DNA of 59,838 bases from Candidatus Bipolaricaulota bacterium (GTDB lineage Bacteria; Bipolaricaulota; Bipolaricaulia; M55B111), in assembly GCA_018334915.1 (NCBI GenBank), contig JAGXLB010000002.1, forward strand, positions 1-59,838, written 5' to 3'. Under the pieces are notes generated by a model that did not search any database, had not been told where the DNA came from, and saw only the letters and a program-made list of their open reading frames with translations. This document shows, in pieces, positions 1-9,050 of the stretch (positions within the stretch are counted from its first letter, which is position 1; each line of letters begins with the position of its first letter). The position numbers and the translations under genes were made by a program.

Positions 1-4
1 GGTT

Positions 5-112
5 CCAGCACTTAGATTGATATTGATAGACAGAATAAGAAGAAAACTTTCGAATTAAATCTTAACTGTAAACCAACAGCTATTTTGACCTCGATATCAA
101 TCTAAGTGCTGG
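5..112. repeat. Long palindrome: perfect 19-bp inverted arms (5-23 CCAGCACTTAGATTGATAT and 94-112) around a 70-nt AT-rich loop
   Basis: The arms are exact reverse complements by direct reading. The arm head CCAGCAC recurs at 35356 and 59813. Confidence 0.8.
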
Positions 113-214
113 AGAGCGAGCCGAGATCGGAAAGGGCAATTTCCCCGCTGGGGAAATTGATCCCTGGTTTTATCGAACGGTTTCCAAAGCGATTTTTACA
201 CATAAAATGCTACA

Positions 215-2005
215 CTATCTGGGCTGAGTATTATCGGACCGTAGAAAAGTTTTTAATTTCTCTTCCACCTGATCAAGCCAGTTTCCGACAACCTGATCTA
301 AAGCACTATCTAACGAATTGCTACCGCCAATCGGGGTTGTCAAAAACCATACCCGAACAAACTTTTCCGCTCCGTATTCCTTTGCTAAAAAGCCTACAAA
401 AGCCGCTGCTTCCATTTTTGGGCCATCACCCCCGCTGGTACCGATAAGTATACTTTTTAGCGATCTCCATTTGCCTTCAGTCAGGACTTTCCTCGCGGAT
501 TGAAAGACGTCCCTGGTTACCAGAAAGTTAACCATACCATAATGCAGGAGACTCGAATAAGTTGGGGTCCTAAATGTCCGCGCCACCAATAGCTCCGCGA
601 CCTTTCTAGATAGAAGGTCCGAATCAGAACCCCTAATTAGCCATTCGGGAGCGTCTATGTCCCTCCAAAGATCGGACCCCTCTTGACTACGGTACATAAA
701 AACAACTATCTTATTTTCCCCCTCGGCCAACTCCGGAATGAAATCTCGCGCTTTATCAACTGGCTGTGAAATCGAACCAGCAAGCTTTTTAAAGTTATCA
801 AGGGACTCTGGACCAAAGAAAGAAATATTATCGCGACCTACGTAATCCCCACCGCGATAAAACTTAACTAGCTCTAAGTAAGAGCTAACTCTATCTTTAA
901 GCCCGTCAGCGATGTCAAGTTGGTTTAACCTGGAAAAAACATCCCCTGCTTCACTCCAGTTACCCCTGTAAAAATGGATTTTACCTTTCATCTGGAGATA
1001 TCTCTTCTCATTTAAATTGGATTTATCGGTTTTTTTTAGTTCATTTAGTGCTGCTGGTAGTTTTCCCTGCTTGTATAATATCAAAGATCTGAAATAGCGA
1101 AATTGGGGATTATCTTCAGCCCGGTCTCTGGCGGAGCCAAGCCAGTTCTCTCCAAGTTTCGTCAGGGAATTTCCAGTAACCTCCTCGACCCCCTTGCGAA
1201 AGGAATTGGATTTCCAAATAGAACGAACACCAGCAATTCCGTAGTTGTTAATTAAATAGGAAACAAAAGAAGCGGACTCCAGTTCAAGTTCATGCCGGTA
1301 AGGATTTTTACCACCCCGGGATCTCATCAGAGAAGAGAGCTGTGAGAGATTCATACCGGCCGGAGCCTGGGGAGAATCAAAGTAATCGTAAATTCTCTCA
1401 TGCAGGGTTCTTGGAAATTCCCCTACGTTCTCAAGAGTATCTATTTCTCGTAAAGTGAATACCTCTTCCTTCAGGGCTGCTGTTCTTACATGAGGGTGAT
1501 CAACCTGGTCGGTCAACACCTGCTGAAGGCCCAACATCAAAAACTCCGATGAAGTCGGGCCCCAGGATGTTTGCGTCAGAACCCTTACAAGCAACGGCTT
1601 GACCGCGGTACCGTATATCAGATCGACCGTGGCCAGAGGGGTGGTTATCTTGGAGGAACTTTTTCTTTGGCTTATAGCTGTACGCAGTGAACTTAAATCC
1701 TTATGAAGATAAATACGAATACGGTCAGGAGGGTTTGTGAGGTTTAACTTCTCCACTACATCCTTACGATCTCGATTTACTGTCTCAAGGAATTTACTCA
1801 GGTCAACTCCGGGCAATTCCTCTTCCAGATAGTAAGCCGCTACTTTGTCATTCTTTTTGACAGACCAACCCGGTCCAGATTCACTGAAAAAAGTGGGAAA
1901 AATATAAAATACCGCCACCCCGGCTACGGTAACTATAGCGAAGGCAGTAATCAGTCCCAGAAGAGTTCGCCTTATTTCTCGAAATCTTGTGCTGTTTACT
2001 TCCAT
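215..2005 (-). CDS. Hypothetical membrane-anchored protein with a TPR-like central segment
   Basis: 596-aa ORF with an N-terminal TM helix (LLGLITAFAIVTVAGVAVFYIF). It is the last gene of the first ABC cluster. No catalytic motif was recognised. Confidence 0.5.
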   Translation of the reverse strand: MEVNSTRFREIRRTLLGLITAFAIVTVAGVAVFYIFPTFFSESGPGWSVKKNDKVAAYYLEEELPGVDLSKFLETVNRDRKDVVEKLNLTNPPDRIRIYLHKDLSSLRTAISQRKSSSKITTPLATVDLIYGTAVKPLLVRVLTQTSWGPTSSEFLMLGLQQVLTDQVDHPHVRTAALKEEVFTLREIDTLENVGEFPRTLHERIYDYFDSPQAPAGMNLSQLSSLMRSRGGKNPYRHELELESASFVSYLINNYGIAGVRSIWKSNSFRKGVEEVTGNSLTKLGENWLGSARDRAEDNPQFRYFRSLILYKQGKLPAALNELKKTDKSNLNEKRYLQMKGKIHFYRGNWSEAGDVFSRLNQLDIADGLKDRVSSYLELVKFYRGGDYVGRDNISFFGPESLDNFKKLAGSISQPVDKARDFIPELAEGENKIVVFMYRSQEGSDLWRDIDAPEWLIRGSDSDLLSRKVAELLVARTFRTPTYSSLLHYGMVNFLVTRDVFQSARKVLTEGKWRSLKSILIGTSGGDGPKMEAAAFVGFLAKEYGAEKFVRVWFLTTPIGGSNSLDSALDQVVGNWLDQVEEKLKTFLRSDNTQPR

Positions 2006-2035
2006 CTCCTTATTATTGACAGACTCAGATTCCAG

Positions 2036-3157
2036 TTACTCTTGAACCGTGGCAAATGGATCCGCAGCATCCCTCAGGGCATCACCGAGGAAGTTCATAG
2101 CAAGTACGGCGACGATAATGAACCCACCGGGAATTAATAGCCAGGGGTAGGAAGTAAGAGATTGAACGTTATTAGCTTGACTCAACAACAGCCCCCAGCT
2201 AGTCTGGGGTTCCTGAATACCAAGTCCGAGGAAACTAAGGCTGGCCTCACCCAGGATCCATCCGGGTATTGTCAGGGTAGAAACTATAACAAGATAGGTA
2301 ATTGTATTGGGAAGTATGTGCCGGAACATGACTCGCCCATTACTTCCTCCAACAGCTCTGGCAGCCATGGTATAATCTTCCTCTCGGGCCGAGAGAACTA
2401 AACCTCTCAGGGTCCTAGCTAGACCGGTCCAGTCTACCAGAGAAAACACCGCAACGATGAAAAAGAACCGAAACGCCGGCGGGACCTTCTGGAATATCAT
2501 CGCCAGAGAAAGCCACAGCGGTAGTTTCGGGAAGGCCATTACCACTTCGATCACTCTCTGGACAAACATATCTACCACACCACCAAAAAACCCCGAAATC
2601 AGGCCTATTGGGATAGCGATAATCAAAGTAGTAATCAAAGCAAACGGCCCGATAGTCAACGATACCCATCCCCCCCAGAGTGTTCGCGTAAATATGTCTC
2701 TTCCGAATTTGTCGGTACCGAAGAGGAAAACAGGGGCCTCCTGGTTTCCAGTACCAAACAGGTGAATTCGGGATTCAAAAAGCCCCCAGAAGCTATACTT
2801 CTCGCCTTCCACAAATAATTTAACCCGGTGCTTTTTTCCATCTTCGTTTTGAGTGAAAACCCGGTTAAAGTTCTCGTTAAACTCGGATTCGAGCTCGTAA
2901 ACGTAGGGCCAAGTAAGGCCGTCTTCGTCGAAAAAATGTATCTTCGTGGGGGGGGCATGTGAGTAATCACGATGTTGTACGCTGTAATTATAAGGGCCGA
3001 TAAAGTTGGCTCCAAAGACAAGTAACGCAAGAATTAGCAAAACTACGCCACCAATTTTACCAGCTGTGTGTCGGCGAAATCTCCGCCACATTCTTGCCCA
3101 TTGCGAATCCTGTTCGTCTTCTTCTACCTCAAGTTCCAGTTCTGACTCTTCAGTCAC
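2036..3157 (-). CDS. Peptide-type ABC transporter permease (OppC/DppC family)
   Basis: Multi-TM protein with a typical BPD-transporter core and OppC-like N-terminus. It sits in operon order after an OppB-like permease and a family-5 SBP. Confidence 0.85.
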   Translation of the reverse strand: MTEESELELEVEEDEQDSQWARMWRRFRRHTAGKIGGVVLLILALLVFGANFIGPYNYSVQHRDYSHAPPTKIHFFDEDGLTWPYVYELESEFNENFNRVFTQNEDGKKHRVKLFVEGEKYSFWGLFESRIHLFGTGNQEAPVFLFGTDKFGRDIFTRTLWGGWVSLTIGPFALITTLIIAIPIGLISGFFGGVVDMFVQRVIEVVMAFPKLPLWLSLAMIFQKVPPAFRFFFIVAVFSLVDWTGLARTLRGLVLSAREEDYTMAARAVGGSNGRVMFRHILPNTITYLVIVSTLTIPGWILGEASLSFLGLGIQEPQTSWGLLLSQANNVQSLTSYPWLLIPGGFIIVAVLAMNFLGDALRDAADPFATVQE

Positions 3158-3168
3158 TTAGTTCCCCC

Positions 3169-4203
3169 CTATTCATACCGGATTCTTGGATCGTTCCAGG
3201 CAAGTAAGAAGTCCGCAACCAGGTTGCCAAAAAGTAGAGTTAAAGCAAAAAATGTAAGTCCAACCATTATTACCTGTTCGTCTTGTTGGTTAAGAGCTGT
3301 CCAGTAAGCTCTCTCCACTGTGGGCACCCCGAGAACGATTGCCGTTATCAAAGCACCTGAAACAAGTCGACGGAAGTTATATCCAAAATTTGTGATTAGT
3401 GGGTTAATTGCATTCCGAAAGACGTGTTTATAGACGACGGAGCGATAAGTTAACCCCTTTGATTCTGCAGTCTGGGCAAACTGCCTGTTAAGAAATTCTA
3501 ACATTTGCCCTCTCATCAGCCTTACTACGCCGGCCATGGAAGCCGTTCCGACTGCAATAACGTACGGCCATATATGCCAGAAGAAATTACCGATTTTTCC
3601 CCAGTTGGGCATTGCTCCGCTAAACCAGGGGGCAGATATGTACTTTTGAATGAATAGCCCCCCTACCCCAAGACTTGGCCCAACTTGTAACACAGCCGCC
3701 AGAAAAAACAGTAAAACTAGAGCCAGGAAAAAATTCGGCACCGATAGACCTATAAAGGATAGCAGCGTAAAAAAGTGGTCCGATGGCTCATACTGATGGA
3801 CTGCGGAGTATATTCCTATAGGGATGGCCAGTAAATACGTAAAAAGCATTGTTATCATCCCCAGGAATATCGTGTAGCCTATTCGTCCTTGAAATAAAAC
3901 CGTAGAAACCGGCGCGTAATTCGCAAAAGAAAAACCAAGTTGCCCTTTAGTTACTACGTTTTTTACCCATTTCCAGTAACGCACATAAATGGGTTTGTCG
4001 AGCCCAAGCCTTTCCTTCTGCTGCTCTATCATTTTTCTATCTATTGTGGGATCGAACTTGTGCTGGGTTAAATAGTTTCCAGGGATCATCTGTACGATCC
4101 CAAAAGATATAATGGATATCAGGATGATTGTCGGTATCATGTAAATAATCCGACGAATCATATAAGAAAGCATAGTGAAATCCCAGGATGAGGTATTACC
4201 CAT
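3169..4203 (-). CDS. Peptide-type ABC transporter permease (OppB/DppB family)
   Basis: N-terminus MLSYMIRRIIYMIPTIILISIISFGIVQ and C-terminus DPRIRYE are characteristic of OppB/DppB permeases. Confidence 0.85.
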   Translation of the reverse strand: MGNTSSWDFTMLSYMIRRIIYMIPTIILISIISFGIVQMIPGNYLTQHKFDPTIDRKMIEQQKERLGLDKPIYVRYWKWVKNVVTKGQLGFSFANYAPVSTVLFQGRIGYTIFLGMITMLFTYLLAIPIGIYSAVHQYEPSDHFFTLLSFIGLSVPNFFLALVLLFFLAAVLQVGPSLGVGGLFIQKYISAPWFSGAMPNWGKIGNFFWHIWPYVIAVGTASMAGVVRLMRGQMLEFLNRQFAQTAESKGLTYRSVVYKHVFRNAINPLITNFGYNFRRLVSGALITAIVLGVPTVERAYWTALNQQDEQVIMVGLTFFALTLLFGNLVADFLLAWNDPRIRYE

Positions 4204-4242
4204 CCCCGCATCCTGGGATTAAAGCCTCACCTCTTAGTTGGT

Positions 4243-6033
4243 TTATTTATTCCACCAGATATACTCTGCATGTCCCAGTGTCGACCCTAGAGGACTGTAA
4301 GTCTCGGTATTTACCAGTTTTTCCTCATGCGCATAAAGGTATACCTCTCCAGCGGTGTAGATAACCGGAACCTGTTCCGAAACTATCGTCTGGAACTCGT
4401 CGTAGAACTTCTTCCTATTTTCGTAGCCGACATGCTTCAACCCTTTGTTAAAGAGTTCCGTTACCCGTTTCTCCCACTCAACTGGATTGTCCGAAGCTTT
4501 CAGGTGCCACAAGTGTAAGGAGCCGTCACTGTCCCAGACGTTCTTTCCACTGTTCGGTTCTATTGGGTCACCAATTAAACCTACAATCACTGCCTCGTAC
4601 TTGCCGCCAAGCAACTTCTGAACCATAGGGTTAAAGCTTATTGGATTTAAGGTAGCCTTCACACCAATCTTCTCGAAGTCGGAAGCTACTATATTACCGA
4701 CATCAACACGTCTCGTTGCTCCTTTATTCGTAATTAATTCAAACTCAAGATCCTTCCCGTTAGGTAGCTCCCTTACCCCATCGTCGTCAGTGTCTTTCAA
4801 TCCAAGCTCATCCAGCATTTTTCGGGCCTTTTCTAAATCAAATTTGCCGGGATATTTTTCTTCCGCTTCCGGGTTGTAGTAAGGAGAGAGCTGAGATATC
4901 GGGCTTACCTGCCTTATAGCTAACCCGTTGTATATATTGTTTATTATGTCCTCCCTGTTCACAGCGTGGGACATAGCTCTACGGAAGTCTTTTTTCCTGA
5001 ATACTTCCGCTAGTTCCTTGTTATCCACATCCCAGTTAAAGGCGATAAAGTCAGTGCCTGCAGGGGCACCTGTTTCCGGTTTCTGGTTTATCTTTACGTT
5101 CCAGCCTTCGTCTTCCTCGTTCCGTAGAAGGAAGGGAATATCTTCCGCTCTTGCGCCGTGCACATCCAGTTCGTGATTCTTAAATTTGAGCATCTGGACG
5201 TCCGTGTTCTCGACTTTAAGAAAGATTAACTCGTCAATATAGGGGAGTTGCGTCCCTTCTGGGTCTCGTTTGTAGTAATAAGGGTTCCGTTCAAGAACGA
5301 CCTGCTGGGCCGGAGCGAACTTTTTTATCTTAAAAGGTCCGGCGCCAATAATTTTTTCCGGATTGTTCGACGCCACTTGCTTACCCCAGGCACTATTGAA
5401 CTCCTCCCCCGAAAAGTCTTCAAAGGCATGTTTCGGGTAAATCGGCGTATAACCTATTTGGCGAACAAAAGGACCAAAAACTGTCGGAGTTGTAAATTGG
5501 ACAGTATATTCGTCGACCTTTTTTATCGAGGGAAGTTTTCCTTCAACTTTCAAGATACTTCGCGCATCCGCCGAAACTTTTTCGTTGAATATTATCTTCT
5601 TGAAAGTAAATATAACGTCCTCAGCCGTAAGTGACTTTCCATCATTAAACTTAACTCCTTTTCTTATATGGAAAGTATAAGTCTTCCTGTCCTCGGAGAT
5701 CTCCCAGTCTCTGGCAATCGCGGGAACGGTTTTTCCCGTTGCAGGTGAGGTATCAGTTAAACCAGCTCCCATTATGAGATCCGTTACGTCAGTAGAAGAC
5801 GTCTCCTGAGCAACGGCATGATTAAAGGTTTTGGGTAAGCTTATTGAGGCAAGTGTAACGGACCCGCCACGCTTACCTGGCGACAGCGGCCCCATCCCCC
5901 AGGTATCATCCTTTTCTCCAATGGGAACAACGAGTGGCTCATCCATTGCATGGCTCGAGCTTAACCCGACCACTCCTAGACCGGTGACCAGTAACGACAG
6001 AACAATTAACAGAACAGTGCTCTTTCTAACCAT
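4243..6033 (-). CDS. ABC transporter substrate-binding protein, family 5 (peptide/nickel type)
   Basis: 596 aa with a signal peptide and family-5 SBP-like sequence (LERNPYYYK, ...IYLYAHE). It lies upstream of two permease genes. Confidence 0.85.
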   Translation of the reverse strand: MVRKSTVLLIVLSLLVTGLGVVGLSSSHAMDEPLVVPIGEKDDTWGMGPLSPGKRGGSVTLASISLPKTFNHAVAQETSSTDVTDLIMGAGLTDTSPATGKTVPAIARDWEISEDRKTYTFHIRKGVKFNDGKSLTAEDVIFTFKKIIFNEKVSADARSILKVEGKLPSIKKVDEYTVQFTTPTVFGPFVRQIGYTPIYPKHAFEDFSGEEFNSAWGKQVASNNPEKIIGAGPFKIKKFAPAQQVVLERNPYYYKRDPEGTQLPYIDELIFLKVENTDVQMLKFKNHELDVHGARAEDIPFLLRNEEDEGWNVKINQKPETGAPAGTDFIAFNWDVDNKELAEVFRKKDFRRAMSHAVNREDIINNIYNGLAIRQVSPISQLSPYYNPEAEEKYPGKFDLEKARKMLDELGLKDTDDDGVRELPNGKDLEFELITNKGATRRVDVGNIVASDFEKIGVKATLNPISFNPMVQKLLGGKYEAVIVGLIGDPIEPNSGKNVWDSDGSLHLWHLKASDNPVEWEKRVTELFNKGLKHVGYENRKKFYDEFQTIVSEQVPVIYTAGEVYLYAHEEKLVNTETYSPLGSTLGHAEYIWWNK

Positions 6034-6057
6034 TTTTATACCTCCCTGTTTCCAAAA

Positions 6058-7026
6058 TCAGTTTGCTAGCCTATTCGCAAGTGCACTTACTACAGCTTGC
6101 TTATACTCTTCCGAATCGACGTCCATCGCGGATACTACCATACTCATCAATTCGTCTTCCGGCCTATCAGAGACTATTAGTGTTTTTGCGAGCGCTTCTC
6201 CAGCACCCTGCCTCAATTCTTGTGTTGCACCATCCTTAGCTAAAGAGGTCAACTTTTCAGTCTTTAAATTTTCTTTGGCCATCTCACCAAAAGCAATACC
6301 AGCAGCCTTTCTTTCTCCGGCACTGAGTTCTTCGTTCTCTGCCATTTTCTGGAGTTCTTCTAATTCCATACTCGGCGCCAGAGGGCTACTGTATCGAACT
6401 GCCAGCGCCTGGTAGGCAGCTTGTCTGACCATTGCGTTGTCCGTTTCTTTGATCAGGGTTTTGAGCTCTTCCACCGACTTCTCGTTGGGATATATAGACG
6501 AAAGTGCTTCGGTAACAGCTAATTTCAGGCCAGAAAATTCTCCCTCTGCTGAAGTTATGGGGCCTATTGCCTCCAGTTCCTCAGTGCTATAACCCTCAAC
6601 GCCACTGAGGTTAAAGGAAACGAAGAAATTGGCCAGGGACTTACCTGCAGCCTCCTTGATTGCTTCCGTCTCTCCGGATACGGCCTTCTTTCTTATTTCT
6701 TTCGCCTTTTCCTGGGCTTTTTCTCTCGTGCTTATCTCCGAAACGTCTCCGTATTTCTTGACGAGTGCCGGAATTGCCGCCTCCCGCAAGTTGACTTCGT
6801 CGCCGGTGGCTATTGCTTCAAGCTCTTCCAGGCTGAGGTCCGACCGGACGTAGACTTCCGCCAGTGCCTCCACGGCTGCCTCCTGGACCAGACCTGGCAC
6901 AGCTTCAGACGTAGCGAGAGATTCAAGTTCGCTTCTTGGTCGGGCAAGCGACGTAAAAGTAAACCCGACCAGCAAAACCAGTGCCAGCGTGAGGACAAGT
7001 GATCGTTTTTTGAAGTTTTGGTTCAT
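6058..7026 (-). CDS. Secreted HEAT-like repeat protein (short paralog)
   Basis: Sec signal peptide MNQNFKKRSLVLTLALVLLVGFTFTSLA and repeated EELEAI...A..AL helical units. The first 249 codons are identical to the gene at 7212-9035. Confidence 0.6.
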   Translation of the reverse strand: MNQNFKKRSLVLTLALVLLVGFTFTSLARPRSELESLATSEAVPGLVQEAAVEALAEVYVRSDLSLEELEAIATGDEVNLREAAIPALVKKYGDVSEISTREKAQEKAKEIRKKAVSGETEAIKEAAGKSLANFFVSFNLSGVEGYSTEELEAIGPITSAEGEFSGLKLAVTEALSSIYPNEKSVEELKTLIKETDNAMVRQAAYQALAVRYSSPLAPSMELEELQKMAENEELSAGERKAAGIAFGEMAKENLKTEKLTSLAKDGATQELRQGAGEALAKTLIVSDRPEDELMSMVVSAMDVDSEEYKQAVVSALANRLAN

Positions 7027-7041
7027 TTAGTACCTCCTGTT
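6278..7041. repeat. 764-bp direct repeat, copy 1 (partner 8287-9050)
   Basis: Constant offset of 2009 bp. One mismatch was seen (6307 C vs 8316 T). Covers the RBS, start codon and 249 codons. Confidence 0.9.
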
Positions 7042-7211
7042 TCCTTAAAACTCCCAAAAATATGCCAAATAAACACTGTACTTGCAAATATTACTAAATT
7101 GGTTTGTCAAAATTAAGGCACTATCACCCCCAAGTATATCCGTTTAATAATCTGCAATTTTATACAAATCGATAGGGTAAACTTTCTATTAATAAAATTT
7201 AATCAAATCAA

Positions 7212-9035
7212 TTAATTCGTGTTATGAACCACATTCACTGTTACTTTCCCTTTGGACGTCAAACCCTCTTCATCCTTTACCGTATATGTGACCGTAAACT
7301 CCCCGAGTGTCGTGTTGGAAACAAATTTGACCGTGCCAGTTTCTTTATTGATAATTTCCAGATGGCCCTCGGAGAATGAAGTAGTTGAAACCAAAATAAT
7401 TTTATCTTCCTCGGGGTCGTCATCGTTGGCCAACAAGTCAAGCTCTTTGGAAAACCTATCCGCCAGGTTGATAGTAACTTCATCGTCGGCTGCAACCGGT
7501 GGGTCGTTGACGGGTTTTACGGTAACGTCGACCGCGCCCTCTGCAGAAGCACCTTGAGGGTCAACCACTTTGTAGGTGAAGGTATCCTTACCGTTGTAAT
7601 TTTCGTTAGGCTGATACACTATACTGCCTTCGTCGCTAACTTCCGCGGTGCCATGATCAGGCTTCGAGACGCTTTCTAAGGTCAGAGTTTCGTCGTCGAT
7701 ATCGCTATCGTTGGCCAGTACGTTTACGGTAGTCGTCCCGTCCTCGTCCAGGGTAACTTCATCGTCGGCTGCAACCGGTGGGTCGTTGACGGGTTTTACG
7801 GTTAATTCTACCCTAGCCACTCCTGAGTCAAAGGTTTTATCAGTTACTTTATAAGTGAAATGATCATCTCCTGCATAATCCGCATCTGGCTCGTAAACGA
7901 ATGAACCTTTACTTTCTAAAGTCACCGTACCATTTGAAGGTTTATCAATCAACTCAGCATATAACTTATCCCCGTCAGGATCTGAATCGTTAGCCAATAC
8001 TCCGGGCGCTTTAACATTAATCGACTTATCTTCCTCAAGACTATACGAATCAGAAGATACCTCCGGGTGTCCTTCCAGCTTGTACGAGAGAGCATTAGTT
8101 ATGGCGTGTTCGAAACCGTTTGTGTATTTTTGGGACTTTTCGTACATCTCTAGTAAATCCGATTCGCCTTTAATTGTAGAATCAATTAGTGCCTGACCGG
8201 CGGCTACGCCCGCTCCTTTTCTTAATTCACGGGTAGACCCATTTTTTGATAGGTCAATCAATTCCTCAGCATCCATCTTTTCTGCCGCCATCTCACCAAA
8301 AGCAATACCAGCAGCTTTTCTTTCTCCGGCACTGAGTTCTTCGTTCTCTGCCATTTTCTGGAGTTCTTCTAATTCCATACTCGGCGCCAGAGGGCTACTG
8401 TATCGAACTGCCAGCGCCTGGTAGGCAGCTTGTCTGACCATTGCGTTGTCCGTTTCTTTGATCAGGGTTTTGAGCTCTTCCACCGACTTCTCGTTGGGAT
8501 ATATAGACGAAAGTGCTTCGGTAACAGCTAATTTCAGGCCAGAAAATTCTCCCTCTGCTGAAGTTATGGGGCCTATTGCCTCCAGTTCCTCAGTGCTATA
8601 ACCCTCAACGCCACTGAGGTTAAAGGAAACGAAGAAATTGGCCAGGGACTTACCTGCAGCCTCCTTGATTGCTTCCGTCTCTCCGGATACGGCCTTCTTT
8701 CTTATTTCTTTCGCCTTTTCCTGGGCTTTTTCTCTCGTGCTTATCTCCGAAACGTCTCCGTATTTCTTGACGAGTGCCGGAATTGCCGCCTCCCGCAAGT
8801 TGACTTCGTCGCCGGTGGCTATTGCTTCAAGCTCTTCCAGGCTGAGGTCCGACCGGACGTAGACTTCCGCCAGTGCCTCCACGGCTGCCTCCTGGACCAG
8901 ACCTGGCACAGCTTCAGACGTAGCGAGAGATTCAAGTTCGCTTCTTGGTCGGGCAAGCGACGTAAAAGTAAACCCGACCAGCAAAACCAGTGCCAGCGTG
9001 AGGACAAGTGATCGTTTTTTGAAGTTTTGGTTCAT
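7212..9035 (-). CDS. Secreted HEAT-like repeat protein with three C-terminal cadherin-like/VCBS-type Ig repeats (long paralog)
   Basis: Same N-terminal 249 aa as 6058-7026. The C-terminus has three ~93-aa repeats with VKPVNDPPVAADDEVT and LANDSD(P/I)D motifs. Confidence 0.7.
   Translation of the reverse strand: MNQNFKKRSLVLTLALVLLVGFTFTSLARPRSELESLATSEAVPGLVQEAAVEALAEVYVRSDLSLEELEAIATGDEVNLREAAIPALVKKYGDVSEISTREKAQEKAKEIRKKAVSGETEAIKEAAGKSLANFFVSFNLSGVEGYSTEELEAIGPITSAEGEFSGLKLAVTEALSSIYPNEKSVEELKTLIKETDNAMVRQAAYQALAVRYSSPLAPSMELEELQKMAENEELSAGERKAAGIAFGEMAAEKMDAEELIDLSKNGSTRELRKGAGVAAGQALIDSTIKGESDLLEMYEKSQKYTNGFEHAITNALSYKLEGHPEVSSDSYSLEEDKSINVKAPGVLANDSDPDGDKLYAELIDKPSNGTVTLESKGSFVYEPDADYAGDDHFTYKVTDKTFDSGVARVELTVKPVNDPPVAADDEVTLDEDGTTTVNVLANDSDIDDETLTLESVSKPDHGTAEVSDEGSIVYQPNENYNGKDTFTYKVVDPQGASAEGAVDVTVKPVNDPPVAADDEVTINLADRFSKELDLLANDDDPEEDKIILVSTTSFSEGHLEIINKETGTVKFVSNTTLGEFTVTYTVKDEEGLTSKGKVTVNVVHNTN
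7474..7523. repeat. 50-bp perfect intragenic direct repeat, copy 1 (domain linker VKPVNDPPVAADDEVT)
   Basis: Identical to 7753-7802 by direct reading; spacing is 279 bp, one Ig-like repeat. Confidence 0.85.
7753..7802. repeat. 50-bp perfect intragenic direct repeat, copy 2
   Basis: Identical to 7474-7523. Confidence 0.85.
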
Positions 9036-9050
9036 TTAGTACCTCCTGTT
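8287..9050. repeat. 764-bp direct repeat, copy 2 (partner 6278-7041)
   Basis: See copy 1. Confidence 0.9.

Noticed and set aside
5831-6415. Long plus-strand ORFs (5831-6415, 17394-18164, 22892-23389, 12763-13002 and others) opposite the minus-strand ABC, cysS and HEAT genes.
   Set aside because: All are antisense shadows of genes with strong family signatures, and their products are low-complexity.
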